The translations under genes were made by a program, and so were the position numbers. A stretch of 64,000 nt of DNA. Source: the human T2T-CHM13v2.0 reference genome, Homo sapiens. Each line of letters opens with the position of its first letter. The stretch's first letter is position 1. The DNA lies in NCBI RefSeq assembly GCF_009914755.1, contig NC_060933.1; one strand, written 5' to 3'. This document shows, one piece after another, positions 26,824 through 40,320 of this stretch. A model generated the notes under the pieces. That model worked only from the letters and a program-made list of their open reading frames with translations, searched no databases and was not told where the DNA came from.

Positions 26824-29800
26824 GCTTTGCATTCCGTTCCATTCCATTCCTTTTCATTGTATTCGGGTTAATTCCATTGCATTCCATTCCATTCCTTTCC
26901 ATTCCATTCCATTCCATTACAATGGAGTTGATTCCATTCCATTCCATTCCATTCCATTCCATTCCAGTCCTTTCCATTCCATTCCACTCGGGTTGATTCC
27001 ATTCTATTAGTTTCCATTCCATTCCATTCCCTTCCATTGCACTCTGGTTGATTGCATTCCTTTCCATTTCACTCGAATACATTCCCTCCTATTCCACTCG
27101 GAACGATTCCATTCCATTCCATTCCATTCCATTCCATTCCATTTCGTTCCATTCCATTCTATTCCGTACCATTCCATTCCATTCCATTCCATTCCATTCG
27201 ATTCCATTCCACTCGTGTTGATTACATTCCTTTCCATTCCATTCAGTTTGAAGGCATTCCATTCCATTCAATTCCATTCCATTCCATTCCATTCCATTCC
27301 ATTCCATTCCATTCCATTCCATTGTACTCGGTTTGATCCCATTCCATTGCATTCTATTCCATTCCATTCCATTCCATTCCATTCCATTCCATTCCGGATG
27401 ATTCCATTCCATTGCATTCCATTCCATTCCATTCCCCTGCACTCGGGTTGATTACATTCCATTCCCTTCCCTTCCATTCCTTTCCATTCCATTCCATTCC
27501 ATTCTATTCGGATGAATTCCATTCCATTCCATTCCATTGCAATCGAGTTGATTCCATTACATTCCATTCCATTCCGTTCCGGATGATTCCATTCCATTGC
27601 ATTCCATTCCATTCCATTCCCCTGCAGTCGGTTTGATTCCTTTCCATTCCATTCCATTCCATTCCATTCTATTCCATTCCGTTCCATTCCATTGCATTCC
27701 ATTCTATTCGGGTTAATTCCATTCCATTCCTTTCCATTCCATTCCAATCGAGTTAATTCCATTGCATTGCATTCCATTCCACTGCATTCCAGTCCTTTCC
27801 ATTCCATTCCACTCGGGTTGATTCCATTCTATTCCTTTCCATTCCATTCCATTGCAATAGAGTTGATTCCATTGCATTGCATTCCATTCCATTCCATTCC
27901 ATTCCGGATGATTCCATTCCATTGCATTCCATTCCATTCCATTCCCCTGCACTCGGGTTGATTCCATTCCATTCCACTCCATTCCGTTCCATTGCATTCC
28001 ATTCCATTGTATTCGGGTTAATTCCATTCCATTCCATTCCATTCCATTCCATACCATTCCATTACAATCGAGTTGATTCCATTCCATTCCATTCCATTCC
28101 ATTCCATTCCATTCCATTCCATTCCATTCCTTTCCATTCCATTCCACTCGGGTTGATTCCATTCTATTAGTTTCCATTCCATTCCATTCCCTTCCATTCC
28201 ACTCTGGTTGATTCCATTCCTTTCCATTCCACTCGAATACATTCCCTCCTATTCCCTCGGAACAATTCCATTCCATTCCATTGCATTCTATTCCATTCCA
28301 TTTCGTTCATTCCATTCTATTCCATTCCGTTCCGTTCCGTTCAATTCCATTCCATTCCATTCCATTCCATTCAATTCCATTCCATTACAATTCGTTGCAT
28401 TCCATTCTATTCCGTACCACTCCATTCCATTCCATACCATTCCATTCCATTCCATTCCATTCCGTTCCATTCCGTTCCATTCCATTGCATTCCATTCTAT
28501 TCGGGTTAATTCCATTCCATTCCATTCCATCCCATTCTATTACATTGCATTGCAATCGAGTTGAATCCATTGCATTTCATTCCATTCCATTCCATTCCAT
28601 TCCATTCCGGAAGATTCCATTCCATTGCATTCCATTCCATTCCATTCCCCTGCACTCGCGTTGATTCCATTCCATTCCATTCCATTCCATTCCATTCCAT
28701 TCCGTTCCGTTCCATTCCATTCCATTACATTCCATTCCATTCCGTTCCGTTCCATTCCATTCCATTCCATTCTATTCGGGTTAATTCCATTCCATTCCAT
28801 TCGATTGCAATCGTGTTGATTCCATTCCATTCCATTCCATTCCATTCCATTCCATTCCATTCCATTCCATTCCTTTCCATTCCATTACGGATGATTCCAT
28901 TCAATTGCATTCCATTCCATTCCATTCCCCTGTACTCGGGTTGATTCCATTCCATTGCATTCCAATCCATGCCCTTCCACTCGTGTTGATTCCATTCTTT
29001 CCATTCCATTCAAGTTGAATCCATTCCATTGCATTCCATTCCATTCGATGTCATTCGATTGCACTCGGGTTGATTCCATTCCATTACATTCCATTCCGTT
29101 CCATTCCATTCCATTCCATTCCATTCCGTTCCATTCCATTCCATTACATTCGGATTGATTCTATTCAATTCCCTTACACTCCTTTACATTCCATTCCATT
29201 CGGGTAGTTTCCATTCCATTCCATTCCATTCCTCTCCATTCCATTGCACTCGGGTTGATTCCATTCCATTGCATTCCATTCCATTCCATTCAATTCCATT
29301 CCGTTCCATTCCATTCCATTACATTCGGATTGATTCTATTCAACTCCCTTACACTCCATTACATTTCATTCCGTTCGGGTTGTTCCATTCCATTCCATTC
29401 CATTCCACTCCATTCCATTGCACTCGGGTTTATCCCATTCCATTCCATTCCATTCCATTCCATTCCATTCCATTCCGGAAGATTCCATTCCATTGCATTC
29501 CATTCCATTCCATTCCCCTGCACTCGCGTTGATTCTATTCCATTCCATTCCATTCCATTCCATTCCATTCCATTCCATTCCATTCCTTTCCGTTCCATTC
29601 CATTCCATTCCATTCCATTCCATTCCATTCCATTCCGTTCCGTTCCGTTCCATTCCATTCCATTCCATTCCATTCTATTCGGGTTAATTCCATTCCATTC
29701 CATTCGATTGCAATCGAGATGATTCCATTCCATTCCATTCCATTCCATTCCATTCCATTCCATTCCATTGCACACGGGTTCATTCCATTCCATTCCATTC

Positions 29801-32059
29801 CATTCCATTCCATTCCATTTCATTCCATTCCATTTCATTCCATTCCATTCTATTCCGTACCATTCCATTCCATCCCATTCCATTCCGTTCCATTCCATGC
29901 CATTACACTCGGGTTGATTCCATTCCTTTCCATTCCATTCTTGTTGATTCCATTCCATTCCATTCCATTCCATTTCATTCCATTCCATTCCATTACATTC
30001 GGATTGATTCTATTCAATTCCCTTACACTCCATTACATTCCATTCCATTCGGGATGTTTCCATTCCATTCCATTCCATTCCACTCCATTCCATTGCATCA
30101 GGTTGATTGCATTCCATTCCATTCCATTCCATTCCGGATGATTCCATTCCATTGCATTCCATTCCATTCCATTCCCCTGCACTCGGGTTGATTCCATTCC
30201 ATTCCATTCCATTCCATTCCATTCCATTCCATTCCGTTCCATTCCATTCCATTCCATTCTATTCCGGTTGATTCCATTCCATTCCTTTCGATTCCATTCC
30301 ATTCCATTCCATTCCATTGCAGTCGAGTTGATTCCATTCCATTCCATTCCATTCCGTTCCGGATGATTCCATTCCATTCCATTCCATTCCATTCCATTCC
30401 CCTGCAGTCGGGTTGATTCCATTCCATTCCATTCCTTTCCATTCCATTCCATTCCATTCCGTTCCATTCCATTCCATGCTATTCTATTCGGGTTAATTCC
30501 ATTGCATTCCATTCCATTCCATTCCATTCCAATCGAGTTGATTGCATTCCATTCCATTCCATTCCATTCCACTCCATTCCAGTCCTTTCCATTACTTTAC
30601 ACTCGGGTTGATTCCATTCTATTCCTTTCCATTCCATTCCATTCCATTGCAATCGTGTTGATTCCATTGCTTTGCATTCCATTCCATTCCATTCCTTTCC
30701 GGATGATTCCATTCCATTGCATTCCATTCCTTTCCATTCCCCAGCACTCGGGTTGATTCCATTCCATTCCACTCCATTCCGTTCCATTCCATTCCATTCC
30801 ATTTTATTCGGGTTAATTCCATTCCATTCCATTCCATTCCGTTCCATTCCATTACAATCGAGTTGATTCCATTCCATTCCATTCCATTCCATTCCATTCC
30901 ATTCCATTCCGGATGATTCCATTCCATTGCATTCCGTTCCATTACATTCCCCTGCACTCGTGTTGATTCCATTCCATTCCATTCCATTCCATTCAATTCC
31001 ATTCCATTACAATTCGTTCCATTCCATTCTATTCCCTACCATTCCATTCCATTCCATTCCATTCCTTTCCATTCCATTACGGATGATTCCATTCCATTGC
31101 ATTACCTTCCATTCCATTCCCCTGTACTCGGGTTGATTCCATTCCATTCCATTCCATTCCATTCTATTCCATTCCATTCCGGAAGATTCCATTCCATTGC
31201 ATTCCATTCCATTCCATTCCCCTGCACTCGCGTTGATTCCATTCCATTCCATTCCATTCCATTCCATTCCATTCCGTTCCGTTCCATTCCATTCCATTCC
31301 ATTCCGTTCCGTTCCATTGCATTCCATTCCATTCTATTCGGGTTAATTCCATTCCATTCCATTCGATTGCAATCGTGTTGATTCCAATCCATTCCATTCC
31401 ATTCCATTCCATTCCATTCCATTCCTTTCCATTCAATTACGGATGATTCCATTCCATTGCATTCCATTCCATTCCATTCCCCTGTACTCGGGTTGTTTCC
31501 ATTCCATTGCATTCCAATCCATGCCCTTCCACTCGTGTTGATTCCATTCTTTCCATTCCATTCAAGTTGAATCCATTCCATTGCATTCCATTCAATTCGA
31601 TTCCATTCGATTGCACTCGGGTTGAATCCATTCCATTGCATTCCATTCCATCCCATTCCATTCCATTGCATTCCATTCCGTTCCATTCCATTCCATTACA
31701 TTCGGATTGATTCTATTCAATTCCCTTACACTCCATTACATTCCATTCCATTCGGGTAGTTTCCATTCCATTCCATTCCATTCCTCTCCATTCCATTGCA
31801 CTCGGGTTGATTCCATTCCATTGCATTCCATTCCATTCCATTCAATTCCATTCCGTTCCATTCCATTCCATTCCATTCGGATTGATTCTATTCAACTCCC
31901 TTACTCTCCATTACATTCCATTCCATTCGGGTTGTTCCATACCATTCCATTCCATTCCACTCCATTCCATTGCACTCGGGTTTATTCCATTCCATTCCAT
32001 TCCATTCCATTCCATTCCATTCCGGAAGATTCCATTCCATTGCATTCCATTCCATTCCA

Positions 32060-35000
32060 TTCCATTCCCCTGCACTCGTGTTGATTCCATTACCTTCTAT
32101 TCCATTCCATTCCGTTCCATTCCATTGCATTCCATTCTATTCCGGTTAATTCCATTCCATTCCATTCCATTCCATTCCATTCCATTCCATTGCAATCGAG
32201 TTGATTCCATTCCATTCCTTTCCATTCCATTCCATTGCCTTGCATTCCAATCGGGTTGTTTCCATTCCCTTCTTTCCACTCCATTACATTCCCTTCCATT
32301 CCACTCGGAATGATTGATTATATTCCATTCCATTCCATTTCATTCCATTGCAATCCATTCCAATCCATTCCATTCCATTCCATTCCACTCGAGTTGATTT
32401 CATTCCATTCCTTTCCATTCCATTCCGTTCCTTTCCATTCGAGTTGATTCCATTCCATTCCATTCCATTGCATTCCATTCCATGCCATTCCACTCGGGTT
32501 GATTCCATTCCTTTGCATTCCATTCCATTCCATTCCATTCCATTCCATTCCATTCCGTTGCATTCCATTCCATTACATTCCGATTGATTCTATTCAACTC
32601 CCTTACTCTCCATTACATTCCATTCCATTCGGGTTGTTCCATTCCATTCCATTCCATTCCACTCCATTCCATTGCACTCGGGTTGATTCCATTCCATTCC
32701 ATTCCATTCCATTCCATTCCATTCCGGATGATTCCATTCCATTGCATTCCGTTCCATTACATTCCCCTGCACTCGCGTTGATTCCATTCCATTCCATTCC
32801 ATTCCATTCAATTCCATTCCATTACAATTCGTTCCATTCCATTCTATTCCCTACCATTCCATTCCATTCCATACCATTCCATTCCATTCCATTCCATTCC
32901 ATTCCATTCCATTCCATTCCGTTCCATTCCGTTCCATTCCATTCCATTCCATTCTATTCGGGTTAATTCCATTCCATTCCATTCCATTCCATTCTATTCC
33001 ATTCCTTTGCAATCGAGTTGAATCCATTGCATTTCATTCCATTCCATTCCATTCCATTCCGGAAGATTCCATTCCATTGCATTCCATTCCATTCCATTCC
33101 CCTGCACTCGCGTTGATTCCATTCCATTCCATTCCATTCCATTCCATTCCATTCCGTTCCTTTCCGTTCCGTTCCATTCCATTCCATTCCATTCCATTCC
33201 GTTCCGTTCCATTCCATTCCATTCCATTCTATTCGGGTTAATTCCATTCCATTCCATTCGATTGCAATCGTGTTGATTCCATTCCATTCCATTCCATTCC
33301 ATTCCATTCCATTCCATTCCTTTCCATTCCATTACGGATGATTCCATTCCATTGCATTCCATTCCATTCCATTCCCCTGTACTCGGGTTGATTCCATTCC
33401 ATTGCATTCCAATCCATGCCCTTCCACTCGTGTTGATTCCATTCTTTCCATTCCATTCAAGTTGAATCCATTCCATTGCATTCCATTCTATTCGATTCCA
33501 TTCCATTCCATTCCGTTTCATTCCATTCCATTACATTCGGATTGATTCTATTCAATTCCCTTACACTCCATTACATTCCATTCTATTCGGGTAGTTTCCA
33601 TTCCATTCCATTCCATTCCTCTCCATTCCATTGCACTCGGGTTGATTCCATTCCATTGCATTCCATTCCATTCCATTCAATTCCATTCCGTTCCATTCCA
33701 TTCCATTACATTCTAATTGATTCTATTCATCTCCCTTAGTCTCCATTACATTCCATTCCATTCGGGTTGTTCCATTCCATTCCATTCCATTCCACTCCAT
33801 TCCATTGCACTCGGGTTGATTCCATTCCATTCCATTCCATTCCATTCCATTCCATTCCGGAAGATTCCATTCCATTGCATTCCATTCCATTCCATTTCCC
33901 TGCACTCGCGTTGATTCCATTCCATTCCATTCCATTCCATTCCATTCCATTCCACTCCATTCCATTGCACTCGGGTTGATTCCATTCCATTCCATTCCAT
34001 TCCATTCCATTCCATTCCGGATGATTCCATTCCATTGCATTCCGTTCCATTACATTCCCCTGCACTCGCGTTGATTCCATTCAATTCCATTCCATTCCAT
34101 TCAATTCCATTCCATTACAATTCGTTCCATTCCATTCTATTCCGTACCATTCCATTCCATACCATTCCATTTCATTCCATTCCATTCCATTCCATTCCAT
34201 TCCATTCCGTTCCACTCCGTTCCATTCCATTCCATTGCATTCTATTCGGGTTAATCCCATTCCATTCCATTCCATTCCATTCTATTCCATTCCATTGCAA
34301 TCGAGTTGAATCCATTGCATTTCATTCCATTCCATTCCATTCCATTCCGGAAGATTCCATTCCATTGCATTCCAATCCATGCCATTCCCCTGCACTCGCG
34401 TTGATTCCATTCCATTCCATTCCATTCCATTCCATTCCATTCCATTCCATTCCATTCCTTTCTGTTCCGTTCCATTCCATTCCATTACATTCCATTCCAT
34501 TCCATTCTATTCCATTCCGTTTCATTCCATTCCATTCCATTCTATTTGGGTTAATTCCATTCCATTCCATTCGATTGCAATCGTGTTGATTCCATTCCAT
34601 TCCATTCCATTCCATTCCTTTCCATTCCATTACGGATGATTCCACTCCATTGCATTCCATTCCATTCCATTCCCCTGTACTCGGGTTGATTCCATTCCAT
34701 TGCATTCCAATCCATGCCCTTCCACTCGTGTTGATTCCATTCTTTCCATTCCATTCAAGTTGAATCCATTCCATTGTATTCCTTTCCATTCGATTCCATT
34801 CGACTGCACTCGGGTTGATTCCATTCCATTGCATTCCATTCCATTCCATTCCATTCCATTCCATTCCATTCCATTCCGTTCCATTCCATTCCATTACATT
34901 CGGATTGATTCTATTCAATTCCCTTACACTCCATTACATTCCATTCCATTCGGGTAGTTTCCATTCCATTCCATTCCATTCCTCTCCATTCCATTGCACT

Positions 35001-38000
35001 CGGGTTGATTCCATTCCATTGCATTCCATTCCATTCCATTGCATTCCATTCCGTTCCATTCCATTCCATTACATTCGGATTGATTCTATTCAATTCCCTT
35101 ACACTCCATTACATTCCATTCCATTCGGGTAGTTTCCATTCCATTCCATTCCATTCCTCTCCATTCCATTGCACTCGGGTTGATTCCATTCCATTGCATT
35201 CCATTCCATTCCATTCAATTCCATTCCGTTCCATTCCATTCCATTCCATTCGGATTGATTCTATTCAACTCCCTTACTCTCCATTACATTCCATTCCATT
35301 CGGGTTGTTCCATACCATTCCATTCCATTCCACTCCATTCCATTGCACTCGGGTTTATTCCATTCCATTCCATTCCATTCCATTCCGGAAGATTCCATTC
35401 CATTGCATTCCATTCCATTCCATTCCATTCCAATCGAGTTGATTCCATTCCATTGCATTCCATTCCATTCCACTCCATTCCAGTCCTTTCCATTCCATTA
35501 CACTCGGGTTGATTCCATTCCATTCCACTCCATTCCGTTCCATTCCATTCCATTCCATTGTATTCGGGTTAATTCCATTCCATTCCATTCCATTCCATTC
35601 CATTCCATTCCATTCCATTCCATTACAATCGAGTTGATTCCATTCCATTCCATTCCATTCCATTCCATTCCATTCCAGTCCTTTCCATTCCATTCCACTC
35701 GGGTTGATTCCATTCTATTAGTTTCCATTCCATTCCATTCCCTTCCATTCCACTCTGGTTGATTCCATTCCTTTCCATTCCACTCGAATACATTCCCTCC
35801 TATTCCACTCGGAACGATTCCTTTCCATTCCATTCCATTCCATTCCAATCCATTCCATTCCATTCCAGTTCGTTCCATTCCGTTCTATTCGGTACCATTC
35901 CATTCCATTCCATTCCTTTCCATTCCATTCCTTTCCACTCGTGTTGATTCCATTCCTTTCCATTCCATTCGGTTTGAAGGCATTCCATTCCATTCAATTC
36001 CATTCCATTCCATTCCATTCCCTTCCATTCTATTCCATTGCATTGCAATCGAGTTGAATCCATTGCCTTTCATTCCATTCCATTCCATTCCATTCCATTC
36101 CATTCCGGAAGATTCCATTCCATTACATTCCATTCCATTCCATTCCCCTGCACTCGCGTTGATTCCATTCCATTCCATTCCATTCCATTCTATTCGGGTT
36201 AATTCCATTCCATTCCATTCCATTCCATTCCATTCCAATCGAGTTGATTCCATTCCATTCCATTCCACTCCATTCCAGTCCTTTCCATTCCATTCCACTC
36301 GGGTTGATTCCAATGTATTCCTTTCCATTCCATTCCATTCCATTGCAATCGAGTTGATTCCATTGCTTTGCATTCCATTCCATTCCATTCCATTCCGGAT
36401 GATTCCATTCCATTGCATTCCATTCCATTCCATTCCCCTGCACTCGGGTTGATTCCATTCCATTCCACTCCATTCCGTTCCATTCCATTCCATTCCATTG
36501 TATTCAGGTTAATTCCATTCCATTCCATTCCATTCCATTCCATTACAATCGAGTTGATTCCATTCCATTCCATTCCATTCCATTCCATTCCAGTCCTTTC
36601 CATTCCATTACACTCGGGTTGATTCCATTCTATTAGTTTCCATTCCATTCCATTCCCTTCCATTCCACTCTGGTTGATTCCATTCCTTTCCATTCCATTT
36701 AATTCCATTCCATTCCATTCCATTCCATTCCAATCCGTTCCATTCCATTCCATTCTATTCCACTGCAATCGACTTGATTCCATTCCATTCCATTCTATTC
36801 CATTCCATTCCATTCCATTCCATTCCATTCCATTCCATTCCATTTTGTTCCAATCCATTCTATTCGGAACCATTCCATTCCATTCCATTCCATTCCATTG
36901 CATTCCATTCCATGCCATTCCACTCGGGTTGATTCCATTCCATTCCATTCCATTCCATTCCATTCCATTCCGTTCCATTCCATTTCATTACATTCATTTT
37001 GATTCTATTCAATTCCCTTACACTCCATTATATTCCAATCCATTCTGGTTGTTTCCATTCCATTCCATTCCATTTCACTCCATTCCATTGCACTCGGTTT
37101 GATTCCATTCCATTCCATTCCATTCCGGATGATTCCATTCCATTGCATTCCATTCCATTCCATTCCCCTGCACTCAGGTTGATTCCATTCCATTCCATTC
37201 CACTCCATTCGGTTCCGTTCCATTCCATTCTATTGCATTCCATTCTATTCGGGTTAATTCCATTCCATTCTATTCCATTCCATTCCATTCCATTCCATTG
37301 CAATGGAGTTGATTCCATTCCATTCCATTCCATTCCGGATGATTCCATTCCATTGCATTGCATTCCATTCCATTCCCCTGCACTCGTGTTGATTCCATTA
37401 CCTTCTATTCCATTTCATTCCGTTCCATTCCATTGCATTCCATTCTATTCCGGTTAATTCCATTCCATTCCATTCCATTCCATTCCATTCCATTCCATTG
37501 CAATCGAGTTGATTCCATTCCATTCCTTTCCATTCCATTCCATTGCCTTGCATTCCAATCGGGTTGTTTCCATTCCCTTCTTTCCACTCCATTACATTCC
37601 CTTCCATTCCACTCGGAATGATTGATTATATTCCATTCCATCCCATTTCATTCCATTGCAATCCATTCCAATCCATTCCATTCCATTCCATTCCACTCGA
37701 GTTGATTTCATTCCATTCCTTTCCATTCCATTCCGTTCCTTTCCATTCGAGTTGATTCCATTCCATTCCATTCCATTGCATTCCATTCCATGCCATTCCA
37801 CTCGGGTTGATTCCATTCCTTTGCATTCCATTCCATTCCATTCCATTCCATTCCATTCCATTCCATTCCGTTGCATTCCATTCCATTACATTCGGATTGA
37901 TTCTATTCAAGTCCCTTACTCTCCATTACATTCCATTCCATTCGGGTTGTTCCATTCCATTCCATTCCATTCCACTCCATTCCATTGCACTCGGGTTGAT

Positions 38001-40320
38001 TCCATTCCATTCCATTCCATTCCATTCCATTCCATTCCGGATGATTCCATTCCATTGCATTCCGTTCCATTACATTCCCCTGCACTCGCGTTGATTCCAT
38101 TCCATTCCATTCCATTCCATTCAATTCCATTCCATTACAATTCGTTCCATTCCATTCTATTCCCTACCATTCCATTCCATTCCATACCATTCCATTCCAT
38201 TCCATTCCATTCCATTCCATTCCATTCCATTCCGTTCCATTCCATTCCATTCCATTCTATTCGGGTTAATTCCATTCCATTCCATTCCATTCCATTCTAT
38301 TCCATTCCATTGCAATCGAGTTGAATCCATTGCATTTCATTCCATTCCATTCCATTCCATTCCGGAAGATTCCATTCCATTGCATTCCATTCCATTCCAT
38401 TCCCCTGCACTCGCGTTGATTCCATTCCGTTCCATTCCATTCCATTCCATTCCATTCCATTCCGTTCCTTTCCGTTCCGTTCCATTCCATTCCATTCCAT
38501 TCCATTCCGTTCCGTTCCATTCCATTCCATTCCATTCTATTCGGGTTAATTCCATTCCATTCCATTCGATTGCAATCGTGTTGATTCCATTCCATTCCAT
38601 TCCATTCCATTCCATTCCATTCCATTCCATTCCTTTCCATTCCATTACGGATGATTCCATTCCATTGCATTCCATTCCATTCCATTCCCCTGTACTCGGG
38701 TTGATTCCATTCCATTGCATTCCAATCCATGCCCTTCCACTCGTGTTGATTCCATTCTTTCCATTCCATTCAAGTTGAATCCATTCCATTGCATTCCATT
38801 CTATTCGATTCCATTCCATTCCATTCCGTTTCATTCCATTCCATTACATTCGGATTGATTCTATTCAATTCCCTTACACTCCATTACATTCCATTCCATT
38901 CGGGTAGTTTCCATTCCATTCCATTCCATTCCTCTCCATTCCATTGCACTCGGGTTGATTCCATTCCATTGCATTCCATTCCATTCCATTCAATTCCATT
39001 CCGTTTCATTCCATTCCATTACATTCTAATTGATTCTATTCATCTCCCTTAGTCTCCATTACATTCCATTCCATTCGGGTTGTTCCATTCCATTCCATTC
39101 CATTCCACTCCATTCCATTGCACTCGGGTTGATTCCATTCCATTCCATTCCATTCTTTCCATTCCATTCCGGAAGATTCCATTCCATTGCATTCCATTCC
39201 ATTCCATTTCCCTGCACTCGCGTTGATTCCATTCCATTCCATTCCATTCCATTCCATTCCATTCCACTCCATTCCATTGCACTCGGGTTGATTCCATTCC
39301 ATTCCATTCCATTCCATTCCATTCCGGATGATTCCATTCCATTGCATTCCGTTCCATTACATTCCCCTGCACTCGCGTTGATTCCATTCAATTCCATTCC
39401 ATTCCATTCAATTCCATTCCATTACAATTCGTTCCATTCCATTCTATTCCGTACCATTCCATTCCATACCATTCCATTTCATTCCATTCCATTCCATTCC
39501 ATTCCATTCCGTTCCACTCCGTTCCATTCCATTCCATTGCATTCTATTCGGGTTAATCCCATTCCATTCCATTCCATTCCATTCTATTCCATTCCATTGC
39601 AATCGAGTTGAATCCATTGCATTTCATTCCATTCCATTCCATTCCATTCCGGAAGATTCCATTCCATTGCATTCCAATCCATGCCATTCCCCTGCACTCG
39701 CGTTGATTCCATTCCATTCCATTCCATTCCATTCCATTCCATTCCATTCCATTCCATTCCTTTCTGTTCCGTTCCATTCCATTCCATTACATTCCATTCC
39801 ATTCCATTCCATTCCATTCCGTTTCATTCCATTCCATTCCATTCTATTTGGGTTAATTCCATTCCATTCCATTCGATTGCAATCGTGTTGATTCCATTCC
39901 ATTCCATTCCATTCCATTCCTTTCCATTCCATTACGGATGATTCCATTCCATTGCATTCCATTCCATTCCATTCCCCTGTACTCGGGTTGATTCCATTCC
40001 ATTGCATTCCAATCCATGCCCTTCCACTCGTGTTGATTCCATTCTTTCCATTCCATTCAAGTTGAATCCATTCCATTGTATTCCTTTCCATTCGATTCCA
40101 TTCGACTGCACTCGGGTTGATTCCATTCCATTGCATTCCATTCCATTCCATTCCATTCCATTCCATTCCATTCCATTCCGTTCCATTCCATTCCATTACA
40201 TTCGGATTGATTCTATTCAATTCCCTTACACTCCATTACATTCCATTCCATTCGGGTAGTTTCCATTCCATTCCATTCCATTCCTCTCCATTCCATTGCA
40301 CTCGGGTTGATTCCAATCCA
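32060..40320 (-). repeat. Higher-order duplication, ~5.3 kb offset (~32060-35000 vs ~37370-40320)
   Basis: Private variants TACCTTCTAT (32091/37399), TTCTAATTGATTCTATTCATCTCCCTTAGT (33711/39024) and CGACTGCACT (34801/40103) are shared at offsets of 5302-5313. Confidence 0.88.
34901..35300 (-). repeat. Three island motifs at exact 175-bp period
   Basis: CGGATTGATTCTATTCAA starts at 34901, 35076 and 35251. Confidence 0.85.

Noticed and set aside
26729-27082. ORFs switching from MEWNG to IPFHS repeats, resembling a chimeric protein
   Set aside because: These are simply reading frames crossing the inversion breakpoint.
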